DNA of 64,000 nt from Vicugna vicugna (taxonomy: Eukaryota): contig MU061579.1 of the NCBI GenBank assembly GCA_013265495.1, positions 5,145,146-5,209,145 on the forward strand, read 5' to 3'. The position numbers and the translations under genes are program-made. The first letter of the stretch is position 1, and each line of letters begins with the position of its first letter. A model generated the notes under the pieces. It made no database searches. It had not been told where the DNA came from and saw nothing but the letters and a program-made list of their open reading frames with translations. Shown piece after piece: positions 39,190-52,960 of the stretch.

Positions 39190-42100
39190 GTTTGTTTAGA
39201 CTAATTCTTTCGGTAGTAATAGTCCTTAAAACCTAGAACAATAAACAAAGCAAAACAGGTGTTTGAAGTCACTGGAGAATATTCAGCAGTCAAGATTTAA
39301 ATGGCTAGGACTCTGGGGAAAGGTGATACATTGAGATAAACCCCACACTCACCACCGCTGTTCCATTCAGGCTGTTTGCTAATTTGTAAGACTGAAGGCA
39401 CGGTAATCAACAGAGGCTTAGAGCTCTAGAGCTCACAGCAACATCACCTGCGACTAGAGAGACAAAAATTTGAGGTGAAGACTACTAAAATTACCTGAAT
39501 TGAGGGCCTGTGGACCTGGAGAATAGGGAACTGCAGAAAAACATTAGTCTACCACCTGTGAGTAGTTTCTCTTTGGGGCATTAATCAATTTAAATCTGCA
39601 CATGTGTAAACTTAAGAGACTGAAAAAAAAATCAAGCAAAAGGCAATGGCGAAGAGGCTAAAAAGTCAAATATACATTTCAGTATTTGCAAGTAATAGGG
39701 AGATTAAAATTGGAGTAAGAATACCACCAAAAAACATAGATTCCCCAGAATTCCAGCTGAGATCCTTAAAGAACTATATCCTTATAAGTGAAAACTAGTT
39801 TAATTACACGGTACCTACATCACAGTCTGTTTTCTTTGATTGGATCAAATTAAACTGCCATACACTAAATTTCTGACTGAAGAAAAATCTGTCCTTTGTG
39901 GAAAAAGTAACATTTTTCAGAGTATTTGGTGACTTTAACACATTGACATTAAATAAGCAATTGCCATGAACATCAGAGACAAGAAAAAATAACCAAAAGC
40001 TGAGAGAGAAAAATAGAAATAAACCATCAGATGATCCCAATTTGAAGATAATCAAACATGGGCACGAAAATAACTGTATTAGGCATAAGGACAATATGTA
40101 AAAGAAGCACTTTTCACCAAATACTGGGTTGAAAAAAATAAAATGGAAAATACAGAACTGAATATCTGTTCTACTTATTTTCCTTTTCAATTTAATGTTT
40201 ACTTTCACATATTAGAAATACTATTTTCAAAAATCAATCAAGCATATGTTTAATAAATGTTCTTTTCCACTTCTGGTAATAATAGTTGAAGACTGTATCA
40301 GAAGACACTCCTATAAAAAATAACTCAACCCATCCAAATAAATTGGAGAAAGAACAGAAGTATACAGACTCCAGTGGGGAGTATATATCTGGAGGAATTG
40401 AGGAAGGCCACAAAAAGTAACTTCCCCCATTATGCATCTTAATGAGTCCACTGAGTCCACTGGCATGACATTTGCAGAAGCACAAGGGTAACAGTAAGAG
40501 AAATGGACAAAAAAATAATACTCTCCTTGCTATGAAAACCAAGAAACAAACAAATAAATAAATCTGTGGCTGAAGGAAATTCCGAGTAACAACTAGATCT
40601 GTCTGCCTATAAATATGATCTTTTAACCACAGCATGTATAAAACAGAATCACAGGACTCAGCTAAAGACAAAGCTACAAATTAAGGGTGGAGCTGTCAGC
40701 TAACAATAAGAACTTGCACTTCAAGTCTAGAAAAGGTTATTGCCCAATTATACAAAAAAAAAAAACAACACTTAAATCAGAGACTACTAACAGATCCACA
40801 ATATCTGCAAGTTAATACTCATAAACTTTAGAATATATTCCAAAATTACCTGACATATAAAGAACCAAGATAAAAGAAAAACGAACGTATCTGACCACTG
40901 AATAAAACACATACTGAAACTACTAGACAAGTGTTTTAAAGTGGCTGTTATAACAATCAGCAACGAAGCAAACAAAAAAGTCAGTTAATTCAAGAAAGTC
41001 TATGGAACTTTAAACAGAAGAACTAAAAAGAAAATAATTAATGAGACACGAGAGAAAAGGAATTCAAGGGGAATTCTGGAACTAGAAAATTCATTATCTG
41101 AAATTTTAAAATTCACTAAAGGGACTTAATGTCTGAATAGAGATGTCAGAAAAATGAGTAAGCGAATTTGAAGATAGAACTATAAAAATCATTCAATTTG
41201 AATAACATACAGGAAAAATAATGAAAAAATGAACAAAGCCTCAATGTGCATGCTAATGATCTCAGACAGTTAAATGTAGATGTGATAAGAATCCCATGAG
41301 AGTTGAGAGAGAACAGAAATAATGCTTAACAGTTTCCTAAATGTGGTGAAAGCAGAAATTTAGTGATACAAGATGCTCAACAAAAAATAAACATAATAGA
41401 AAGAAGCCCATGCAAAAGTATATGATAGTAAAGCCAATGTAAGCTAAAGAACAAGTCATGAAAACAGCTATAGAAAAGTGACATAAATAATGTATCATGT
41501 ACAGAGTTTGTATGTGCATGTACTGATTAATGTTCAATTCTTATCAAAAACCATGGACTCCCTAAGTGAGTATAGAATCTTTAAAGAACACACAAAAAAT
41601 ATTTTCCCAGAATTCTAGCAAAAATATCCTTCAGAATGAAGTTTTCAAATAAAGACAATTTCAGATAAATAAAATCTAAAAATAAAAGAATTGGTCACCA
41701 ACAAACTTACCCTACAGATGACACCAAAAGAAATTCTTCAGGCTGAAGAGAAACCATACCAAATAGAATCTTTGACCCTCAGAAAAGAACGAAGTGCATC
41801 AGAAATAATAAGTATCTAGGTAAATACAAAAGACTAGTTTCTCTTTGCTATCATCTTCTTAAATTCTTTAAAGACCAAATGATCTCTAAAACAAAAGTTG
41901 TAACATCATCTGGTGGTATTTACAGGTGCAGATGAGATCTGTATAACAGTTATAAAGTTCAGTGGGAGGTATCTTAATTTGCAAGTTATTTTATGTAAAG
42001 TGGTACAATAATAACTATATATATGTAGATTGCAAAGTTAAGGAAATATACTGTCATCATGAAAGAGCTATTATTTCAAGGAAGTATAACTTAAAAGACA

Positions 42101-45090
42101 ACAGAAAAATTAAAATAATATTTAAAAGTATTTCAATAATTAAAATCAAAGGGAGTAAGGAAGGAACTTAACAAAGCAAGGTAAGTAAAAACAAATTTAA
42201 AAAGTAGACAAAAACTCAAGCATGGTAATAATTACACTAAATATTATTGTATTACGCACTGGATTAAAAGCCAGATAGTCAGAATCAACAAAAATAGTAA
42301 GTTCCAATTCTCTGCTGTATATAAGAGACTTACTTTGGATACAAAGTCACAGGCTGGAAGAAATTGATGGGAAAAAACATATCATTTGAACTGTAAATGT
42401 AAGAAGGCTAGGATAACTATGTTAATATCATAAAAATAGATCCCAAGACACAAAATATTTTCTGAGTTAAAGGGAAACATTATTGTGATAATAGGGTCAA
42501 ATCATCAGAAAGCCATAATGACTATAAATGTGTATACAACCAACAGCAGAGCTTCAAATTATTATTATTATATAATTATAATTATATGTAAATGCAATTA
42601 AATATTACACCTATAAAATATTATCAAAATTATATGCTATATCATATGATAAAATTATAAATGACATATCATATGATATAATTATAAAAACATTACATAT
42701 AAATGTTATTAATATATAATTTTGCATTATAGTATATAAAATATATAAATGTAGGTATCTCCCACATTTTGAAAGTCTGCTTTATGCCATTCCACTTTAT
42801 TGGAAGACCTACATTAGTACCTGCTTTTGCTCACAGAAAGAAATCCAAAGAGGTAAAGCTTTTATGGAGAAATGCAAAAGCAAAAGATTCACTCAGCAGT
42901 TTTCCGCTGGGCAGCTGTAGAGCAGCGTGCACCCAGAGCAGTGAGAGTGGCAGCATCAAGCTCCTTCCCAGGGAACCACACTCAGCATCTCAGCATCAAG
43001 CCACCAGAACTCTAAACTGTATTTGTGAGCATCTGCACTGTATCTTGATTTATTTTGCACACTTTTAGCAAGATGTGTCCTAAGATAATTGCTTCTTCAC
43101 TTTTACACCTACAAAAGATTTCACAGGAATGCTCTACTTTTGGATAGTGAGGTATATTTGTATATAAATTATAAATATATAAATATAACATATAAATAAT
43201 TATACTTATATAATAATTATTAAAAAGATCCTATGGAAAAGCTACAGCTAATGTAATATTTTGGTGAAATAATGAATGATTTTTCCTTAAGATAAAGAAA
43301 AGCCAAGATGTCCACTTTTATTGTATCTACCTAAAATTGTACTTTAAGTCCTAGCCAGTATAATACAGTACACACATAAATAAATAAAAATATATTAAAT
43401 GAAAAAGATGTGGAAGGTCCTTATTTGCTGATTATATGATCATTTATGCAGAAAACTAAGTAATCTACAAAAAGCTATTAGAATAAGTAAATTTAATAAG
43501 GTCACAAAATTTAAGCTCAGTATATAAAACGAAATTATATTTTTAAATATTAGTAAACATTTAGACAATGGAATAAAATTAACTGACAACAGAATCAAAA
43601 TTAATACATTTAAAACACTTTTAAAGAAGTTCAAAATCTTCAGACTGAAAACTATAAAATGTTTTTAAGGGAAATCAAAGATCCACACAATATTCATGGG
43701 TTAAAAGACTCAACATTGTTAAGAGGCAATTTACAAAATAATCTATAGATTCCACTCAACATAAATCAAAATCCTAACCAGTATTTCTGAAAAAAATCAG
43801 AAAGCTTATATGTGCAACATAAAGGATCTAAAATAGTCAAGACATTTTGAAAATGAACAAGACTGAAGAACTTACACTACCTAACTTCCAGATGTACCAT
43901 AAAACTACACTAATAAAAACAGCACAGTACCGGTACAATGACAAACAAGTAGAAATGTAACAAATTAATTAGTCTCATACTAAACCCATATTTACAAGGC
44001 CAACGAATTTTCTACAGAAATATCACTTCTAAATCAACCATACATTTAAACAGAACTAAACTTATTAAGCTTCTAGAAGAAAACATAGAAGAAATCTGAT
44101 ACTTGATATGAAAATAATTTCTCAAACAGTATAAAAAGCAAACTTTAAAAGTATACAATTAATAACTCAAACATTAAAATTTATTCTTCTTAAAATCTGA
44201 AAAAAATGAAACTATACAAGCCACAGAAAGAACATATTTGCAAAATGATCATGTCTGGAATATATAAAAACATTACATACAACAAAAATCAAAACTCATA
44301 TTTTAAAAAACTGATAAACTTGAATATTAAGTTTGTAAAAGCAGAAACACAAATGACCAATAAGCACATGAAAAGATGGTCCATATCTCTAGACATCAGG
44401 GAAATGAGAATTAAATAACAAAGTACTCCGACATACTCACTAAAATTGCTAAATTTAAAAAGATCGACACACACAAGCATGAATGAGATGTGGAGTTGTC
44501 ATACTGTCCTGGTGGGAACCATCTTTAGCAACTTTAGAACACAGTTATCACAATAATTTATAAAGTTAAATATTCATCTACCTTTCACTTCTTTGAATTA
44601 CTAAGGAGAAATAAAAACAATATATGTCACATACAAAGTCTACACCTATGTTCTCAGTAGTGTTATTGTTAGACAAACGCTAGAAACAACCCAGATGTCC
44701 ACCAACCAGTGATTAGCTAAACTGTGGGCTATTACTTCTACAGAATACAATTAAGTAAATTTAAAAAATAAAACAGTAACACATAAAACAACACTAAAGA
44801 ATCTCAAAAGCATTGTCCCAAGTTGAGGTTGAGCAAAAGGACCACATAGTATGTGGTTCGATTTATATGAAATTTTAGGAAAGACAGAGGTGTAGTGACA
44901 GAAAACAGATCAGTTGTTGTCTTAGGCCAGGGGGTTCGGGAAGTGACTGCAAAAGGGCAGGAGGGACTGTTTTCCAGTGATGGAGCTCTTCCATACCTTA
45001 TAGTGGAGATTTATATAATTTAGAAAACTATACACGTAAAATGAGTGAATATTACTGAATATAAATTATACCATACTAAATCTAAATATT
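39190..45090 (+). mobile_element. Long decayed old L1 (L1MD/ME-like) with 5' region, ORF1, partial ORF2 and 3' UTR
   Basis: ORF1-like (gaattctggaactagaaaatt, gaatttgaagatagaac, cccagaattctagcaaaaatatccttcagaatgaa); ORF2 EN-like 42230-42560; ORF2 resumes at 43225; 3' UTR-like 44500-45090. Confidence 0.85.
42752..43160. mobile_element. Tigger-family (TcMar) non-autonomous element nested in L1
   Basis: aggtatctcccacattttgaaagt...gacctacattagtacctg...cacactcagcatctcagcatcaagcc...gctctacttttggatagtgagg; decayed TIRs, TA-rich flanks. Confidence 0.75.
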
Positions 45091-45180
45091 ATCATCTATT
45101 TGTTAATGTAAGTGGACTCAAACATTTCCACATCCAAACATAAAATCCTGACCAAAGATAGAGATGCTTATCTTATGTAG

Positions 45181-45219
45181 TTCTCTCTCCCTCCCGGTGT
45201 CCCTTCCTTTCTTTCTCTT

Positions 45220-45254
<35 letters not shown>

Positions 45255-45292
45255 TTCCCTCTTTCTCTCTCTCTCTCATACACACACACTCT
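45181..45292. repeat. (CT)n/(CTTT)n + (CA)n compound microsatellite
   Basis: Pyrimidine tract followed by a cacacaca run. Confidence 0.9.
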
Positions 45293-47139
45293 CTGGAATT
45301 GTGTAGGAAATACATATATTTCACTTCATTTCATTTCATATTAGTGATTCAACAATGGCAACTATCGTTCATTCTTTTTTAAACATGTATTGACAATTTC
45401 ACTATCATCCTTCAGACTATATATATACACTAGTATAGAGTAGTATTTTAGGGCTTCTAAGTTAAACAAAATTGTTTTTGATATTAAATTTATTCTGTAT
45501 CACTGCAAGTTTATCTGTCTTTTTTCCAACCTTTTTTTCAGATGATAGTTTGTCACTTATTAATGTTTATATTGCATATTCTTAACAAGTTTCTCATGTA
45601 CTTTCTCATTCTATCTGCACAGCCGGTAAGAGCTTGTGCTGAGCCCCACTCATATAAAAGATGGTAAGTTTGGTATTCTGATATCTGTTTATCACCCACA
45701 GCACTTTGTTCTGTTCTGATCTGTTCTAGATGATTACTAAGTTGAACTTGACAGCATCTTGATATCTGGACAGATATTTTCTGAAATTTATTATTAGCAT
45801 TATCATCAGTAGTAGTGGTAAGTGTTGGTTTAAGGGTTACTTCATATAAATGAACAGTAATACTATATCTGAAGGAAATATATTCATTTTGTCAGCATGT
45901 GCAGTTTTATTTGTTGGCATCATAAATTGCCAATGTTTAACAACTATATATTTTTGAATACAGAATATACATGGTTTTGTCTTAGCCTACATTTGGAACA
46001 TATTAAAAATAAAGTCACTTTCCCTTAATGTTACTACTTTTGGAAACAAATTTTTTTTCTTTTACAAGTATTTAATGTTTTATTAGCATCTCTGTAATAT
46101 TTTAATTACTTTTAATTATTACTAATTAAAAGGGCTATTTTAAACTTCAATAATCTATTCAAGAACCTTTAGAAAACTATGGATGAGGGTACTTAGTATA
46201 TTTATGTATAACTCAAAATGATTATTCATTCAATTTGCTTAAATTCATTATGCTTTTTAATATCATCGTATTACTCTGTGCTCAAAGTTTTGATATATGT
46301 ATGAATGTGACCATAAATTTCACTTCAGATTTCACAAGAAAATTTAAATTTAGAAGGCAACACTGACTATTTCCTCCAGTTATTATTTTATTCTAGGAAA
46401 GCTTATTATTTATTACTTCCAAAAAAATGTCTGCAAAAAAGCAAATCTATGACCAACCCAGTAGTCTGCAGATCAAAAATTAACCCACTGGAGTTAATTT
46501 TTGAAAAGGTACATGGGGAATTACATGTTCAGTAGCTTTTGCTTTTTAAAATATGATTCCCATGCAAAGCTTTGCAAACGTCTCACACGTGGAATCTTTT
46601 GCAGTATCTGTCATGTCAGCTCATGTTCATCACTTCCTGAGGCCAAAAAGGGAATATAAAACATGTTCCATAATCTTTCCTAATTAAACACAACAAAGTT
46701 CAATAGAAGTAAATTTCTGTTCAACAGCTGCCATTTAAAGCAGTTACTTATAAAAAAAACTCAGAGAATGCTTTGTGAACTTAGTGTACTAAACTTACAA
46801 ATCACAATATATTTATTATTAATAAGGAAACTTCACAGTAATGTATTGTGAAGGAGTTCTAAATATAAATAAATTGAATAAAAACTAAAAGTAGAAATCA
46901 CAAATTATTTATCTTTAGTCTCTGATTTCTAATTTGCCACCAATGAATCCACTAGACTAGTGTCTGGAAAAGAACAGATGCTCAGATAATTTTTTAAATA
47001 AGTGAATAATTACAAGTATAAACTGTTCCTTATTGAGAAATCTCTAAATAATTAAAAATTACAGTATAATATACCTTATTACATTTCAAAGCTGGTTTTG
47101 TCATACAAAATAGATCTGATATAGAGAAAGGTACTTAAA

Positions 47140-47300
47140 AGCTGTGTCTCAATTTCGTCATCTATACTAGATACTAGCGAGTCTACCTCACGTGGTTAGT
47201 TTAAAGATTAAATGAACTAATACAAACAATATACTTGCAATTTTCTATCTCAGTGTATGTCCTAACTATATAGGTGTCTGTTGTTACAACTATTATTAAA
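47140..47300 (+). mobile_element. MIR fragment
   Basis: ctgtgtctcaatttcgtcatctata...tctacctcac...aaagattaaatgaactaatac. Confidence 0.65.
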
Positions 47301-47439
47301 TTCTCTAGATGTTCAACATCTATTTGGAAAATTACCAACTGAATTTCTTTGTTTACCTCAGGAAGTCACAAAGGACAAAATGCTTCATTTGCATCTGGAC
47401 ACATTTAGTAAGGACAGAATGAATTAACAGTTGATACCC

Positions 47440-48310
47440 ATTATTATTGTTTTATATTTTTAGTATTTATTCCTATGAATTCTTCACATATTTTGGATAT
47501 GTCTTCTATCAAATGTGTGTTTTGTGAACTTTTTTCTCATTGAAGACTTACCTTTTTTATAATCAGAACCTTTTGTTAAATAGATATACATTATTTACAT
47601 GAATTTATTCATAACTTTGTATCATTAATGCTTTTTGTGTCCTAAGAAATCTTCATGTTACCAAGGCAGTAAAAATGTTCTCCTATATTTCTTGTAGAAA
47701 CTTTTAGATTTATATTTTTTCCTTATATCCATGAGAGTAATTAATTTTGGTCTGTGTTTTGAGGCAGGGATCAATATTTTTTACATAAATCTATCCAGCA
47801 TCATGTGTTGAAAGGACTCATTTTCCCATTAAATGGCACATCAGTAAAGTAAATAAACTGACTATATGTATATTTGTATATATACAAATGCCACTTGTTT
47901 TATGGAACTGGTCCGGGACTCTCAGTTCTCTTCCACTGATTTATTTGCTTATGCTATGTCAGTCCTACATTATCTTGCTTACTGTATGTTGTAAACCTTG
48001 AAATCGAGGAGGGTGGGTGCACCAAATATGTTATTTTACAAAAACCCACCAAAAAACATGTTTGTTAAGGTCTTTTTTGGTTTCATACATGTGTTAGAAG
48101 GAGCATAACATTTTTTACAAACAAAACAAAACCCTAGTTGAATTCTAAGATTATACTGAGTCTGGGGATAAATTTTGGGGAGAACGGACAACTTGATGAT
48201 ACTGATTCCTCTGATTGATGTTCATCTTTCCATTAGCAACGCTTTGTAGTTTTCTGTGTTTATGTCATGCAAATCTCCCCATATTTCACTTACTACTACT
48301 TCATTTTTTA
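47440..48310 (-). mobile_element. Old L1 ORF2 fragment
   Basis: ttttgtgtcctaagaaatctt...tgaggcagggatcaa...ccagcatcatgtgttgaaagg...aattttggggagaacggaca. Confidence 0.75.
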
Positions 48311-49767
48311 GGAATTTTTAGGATTTTGCTTCATTTTTACTTTCCTGTCTTTTCTCCTATGATGATTTTTATATTCAGCAGTGTATCAACTGAAACATCA
48401 GACCTACATGCAAATATGTCTTTCTATATATTCACAAAACTCTCTCAAGAATATATTGATTTTTAAGGACAGATGTCCTCAAATTTACATCTCCAGGGTA
48501 CAATTTTTCTGTATGAATTCGCCCATATGATTTTCATATTCTTCCCATTTCTCAAACTCTTCTCTTTTTCAACAGTTACTGCAATCACCATTTTTACGTC
48601 CTCCTGTATTAAGCTCCATTTTTCTAGTTTTAATCAACTCCTCAGCTAATCCAACTATCATATTGTTCATGTGAGATTTGGTCATCTACTTTTCATCTGC
48701 TGTAAACAGATACTGAACATTTTTATTTACCTCAAACTGTTGACAATAGCCTAAGTTATGCAGGCTTCCTGATCTCCAAATGATAAAGATTAATTTTAAA
48801 TTTTTTATAGTGTATCTTATCTCCAAAATGTTCAATCAAGTCATCATTGTACATCTGCATCTATGTAAATATTTATATTAACTTTAAAAGGCAACACTGG
48901 ATTAAGACATCACTTAAATCTATTTTAAAACATCACAAAGGTACTAAATATTGATATAATGTGATGGAGAATAGTGTATTATCAGAAGTCATATCAGAGA
49001 GAACACACTAGTATATGGTTGTAAGAAATATTTTCAGTAGTTACATGGGGTAGAGAACTGAGTATTTCAAAGGTATATCAAACTACTTTCTAATGCTGGC
49101 AGGTCCAGGAGGCCTTTGATTTGCTGAGTTTACAGCAACATCTTAGACACTGATTGGTACCAATGATAGTCCTCTGTTTTTGTTCCATTAGCAACTCAGC
49201 ATTCTCTCAAAAAAAAAAAAAGTAGAAATATCTAAAGACTATCTGCTTGAAGACACAAGAATGTATTAGCTTGCCTCTCATGGCCACCTTCCCAAAATTG
49301 AGAGCTGTATTTGGAGAAAAATAGACAGACAGGTGTGAGAGGAAGAACATGAAAAAATTATTTGATGCATCACATACAGATGAGATTACATATCCAATTA
49401 TATAATAATGTTTTGATGTCAAATTTTTGTTTACTTTCTGTTGAGTAATAACTCATAGCATTGTAATGTAGGAAAAAACCCATTATCTTTTTGTTTGGTA
49501 AATGTTCTTTACATCCAAGATTTTCCTTCCAGTGCTTCAGTATGTTTCTCTCCTCAGGCATTTGGTTGCAGGATATGCATTCTTGTATCAAGTATCTGAT
49601 TACAATTTGCAGATAATTAGTTCTTAGTCTTTATATCTTGAAATGTCCAAATTGAACTTTAAGTATTATTTATGGAGTCTTCCTTTTCCACTGCCTGGAA
49701 ATGGCCTTTGTCTGCATATCTGAGTTTCTCTTATTTCTCTAACTATGTACAGTATCCTGTCTATTTT

Positions 49768-50119
49768 TCTCTTAATCATTTTGGCTGTTAAAACAAAATG
49801 CCACAGACTGGGTGGCTTACAAATAACAAAAAGTGGCTTTCAAAGTTTTGGAGGTTGGAAGTCTGAGATCAGGGTGCTAGCTTGATTATGTTCTGGTAAG
49901 AGCCTTCTTTTGGATTGTGCTTGGTTGACTGCTGACTTCTTAACTTCATATGGCAGAAAGAGTGAGAGACCATGAGATCTCTTTTTATAGGGCACTAATC
50001 CCGTTCTCCAGAGTGCCATCCTCATGTCTCAATCACCTCCCAAAGACTTCATCTTCTAATACTATCACACTGGAGGTTAGGGTCTCAACATATGAATTTT
50101 AAACACTCAGTCCACAACA
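49768..50119 (-). mobile_element. MLT1A-like MaLR solo LTR
   Basis: acaaaatgccacagactgggtggcttac...ggaagtctgagatcagggtgctagc...tttatagggcactaatccc...caacatatgaatttt...cagtccacaaca. Confidence 0.9.
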
Positions 50120-50199
50120 TTATTATTTTTCTCATCTATGCTTTAGGTACGTCCTGTCCAGTATAGTAGCATTGGGAGGAATTTATCCATGAATAGGTT

Positions 50200-50655
50200 C
50201 AAGTTTCTGCTCGGTTTAGGCTTTCAGAGCAAAGGGCACTGGCAACTCCATTGGATGGAAATTATATATTGAAGCTAGTGATAGTGCAACACTCTGGAGA
50301 GATTTGGAGATTTATATCCCTGCAGCAATTTGCAATTCCATGGTAGTGAAGATAACATTTTCCCCTTCGGTCCCTGGAGAAAATTTGTTTAAATTTCAAA
50401 GTAAAGATGTCTGTCTTTCTGTTTGTCTTTCTCTCCCCATTTAGAGGGGGGGATTTGCATATATGACAATCACCTTATATAAACTTCAGTTGACCTAATT
50501 CTGGGCTAACTCTTTTTAGAATCAAACCCACTACATATGGAGGTGATGGCCTGTCTTCATTCACATAGCCCTGTGGGCAACTGGGAAGGGCACAATCTAT
50601 GAATAATAACTGTTAGTCTGATCCACAAAGCTTGTGTCTCCTGCCAGAGTGCACA
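50200..50655 (+). mobile_element. Possible old ERV-type LTR fragment
   Basis: gtccctggag...atttgcatat...ccttatataaac (TATA-like)...tgaataataac...gtctgatcca...ttgtgtctcctgccag resembles LTR organisation; family uncertain. Confidence 0.4.
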
Positions 50656-50959
50656 TGTAGTTCTCTTTCTCTCTCTCTCCACCCCATCTTTCCCTCCCTA
50701 CTTCTCATCTACCAGCTCTCTCTTTCTCTTCCACCACGTATGTGAGGTAGGTATAGATACAGATGTATCTCACATATAAGTTTAAAATTGTATATTTTAA
50801 ATTGCCATTTAAATTTAAAATTATACTGTACTCTTCCCTGAGGATGAGCTATACTGGATATTTTACTTGCAACTAAATACATATACATGTTAATATATAT
50901 TAACAAGTTGCCTGTATGTGTGTATGTATACACACACACACACATACATATTCATAGTT

Positions 50960-51075
50960 TATTAGCTTGCAAGTAAGGCACCATTTCCTTTCACTTTTTT
51001 TCTTTTAATGTGACTGACAGAATTTAAAATAGCATAAATTTATGTTATATTTCTATTGGACAATGTTGCTCTAGA
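50960..51075. mobile_element. MER33-like hAT-Charlie end
   Basis: cttttaatgtgactgacagaatttaaaatagcat...ttatatttctattggacaatgttgct. Confidence 0.6.
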
Positions 51076-51431
51076 CTCTGTATCCTTAGGAGAGGCTATT
51101 TAATTCATTTTGACTTCTGTAAGATTTTATTTTACTTCAGAGTCAAAGGTGAAAATATAGTGGGTAATTTAGAGGCACTTCATGTTTAGCAATTTTTACA
51201 CTTCTTGTTGGGAATATTAACACAGCTATGGCTTACGGGTATTACTATTTATTTATTTCAAACTCTCTATCTTATGGGCAACACATATTCTAGTCACACT
51301 CTATTCTTCCTTGCTTTTGTCTCGGTTTATAAAAACTAAAATATCACAAAAGACATAGAGACATTTAACGGCAAAACTCAATTAAAAGGATAGAAGTTAG
51401 GGCAAAGTGCAATTAAGAACCAAGTCATTTT

Positions 51432-52345
51432 CATTTCTCCAAAGACATACAGATGCCCTGCAGGCATATGAAAATATGTTTAATACCAGTAATTATTAGA
51501 GAAATGCAAACCAAAACTACAATGAGGTGTCACCTCACACCAGTCAGAATGACCATCATTCAAAAGTCTACAAATAATAAATGCTGGAGAGGATGTGGAG
51601 AAAAAGGAACCCTCCTAAACTGTTGGTGGGAGTGTAAATCGATGTAGCCACTGCAGAGAGTAGTATGGAGGTTCCTCACAAGACTAAAACTAGAGCTACC
51701 ATAAGATCCTGCAATCCCACTCCTGGGCATATATTCAGAGAAAACTCTAATTCAAAAAGATACATGCACCCCGAAGTTCACAGCAGCACTATTTACAACA
51801 GCCTAGACATGGGAGCAACTAAATGTCCATTGAGAGAGGAAAGGATAAAGGTGTGGTGTACACATAATGAAATATTACTCAGCCATAAAAACAAATGAGA
51901 GAGTGCCATTTGCAACAACATGAACAGACCTAGAGATTATCATACTAAGTGAAATAAGTCAGAAAAACGTGAATATCGTATGATAGTACTTATATGTGAA
52001 ACTTAAATAATGATACAAATTAACCTATTTATAAAACAAATAGAATCACTGACATAGAAACAAATTTATGGTTATTAAAGGGGAAAGTGAGGGGGTGGAG
52101 GAAGGGATAAACTAGGAGTTTGGGATTACTATATACATACTATTATAAATAAAACAGATAAACAATAACCACCTACTGCATAGCACAGGAAATCATATTC
52201 AATACCTTGTAATACCTATAATGGGAAAAAATCTGAAAAATTACATATATATATATATAAATACATTTATAATAAACTCAATCATTTTGTTGTACACCTG
52301 AAACTAACACAACATTGTAAATTAATTATACTTCAATAAAAAATA
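51432..52345 (+). mobile_element. 5'-truncated artiodactyl/camelid-type L1 (ORF2 C-terminus + 3' UTR)
   Basis: ORF 51453-51647 ([26 protein letters not shown]...[20 protein letters not shown]) is the L1 ORF2 cysteine-rich region; ends tgtacacctgaaactaacacaacattgtaa...tacttcaataaaaaa. Confidence 0.93.
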
Positions 52346-52916
52346 TATTTCAAAGCCCAATAAAATACCATTAAATCAATATGATAATTACTGCGAAGAC
52401 ATGAGTTGATAACAACTGCATTAAAACAAATCTTTAAAGTGTTCTATGCTACTGAAAAAATAAAGCTCAAACTATTCACAAATAAGAAACAAAAATGTTC
52501 AAAAAATAAGTCATTTTGAGTATTTTATATTAAAAACTAAAAGCCTCAATTAATTTCCGGTAGCAATTAAGAAAAAAACCTGATTTTAGTCACTGTGAAA
52601 AATACACGTAACAGCTTTTTGATCTTTAGGCTCAGCAAACTAATATTGGAAAGTAAAACCAATAGATCAGCATTTTAATGTGACAAAGGTAGCTAAACTG
52701 TCAGCATTTATTATTTTCCTTCAGAATTGTTTTTACTTCAAATATAAATTTTCTAATTAGTAGAGTAACTCATGATGCATTTTTAAGAAACAAAGAGCAT
52801 TTTTCAACACTTTTAAAGAGAGTTAGACTGCCAAGAAATAGAAATAATAAACATTATTAAAACAGCAATTAAATAATGAATGTTTATGACACTTTAGAAA
52901 ATACAATAAATATGGA

Positions 52917-52960
52917 GATATATATAATATATATATATGTATGTGTGTGTATATATATAT
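52917..52960. repeat. (TA)n/(TG)n low-complexity repeat
   Basis: Visible directly in the sequence. Confidence 0.85.

Noticed and set aside
39804..40671. Longest ORFs (134 and 145 aa, minus strand)
   Set aside because: They are antisense to A-rich L1-associated sequence, Phe/Leu-biased, and show no recognisable domain.
45118..45382. Charged and Ser/Phe-rich ORFs
   Set aside because: They are translations of the CT-rich microsatellite.
51453..51898. Protein-coding ORFs (also 4555-4821, 23142-23342, 44206-44418)
   Set aside because: These are frameshifted fragments of L1 ORF2, not host genes.
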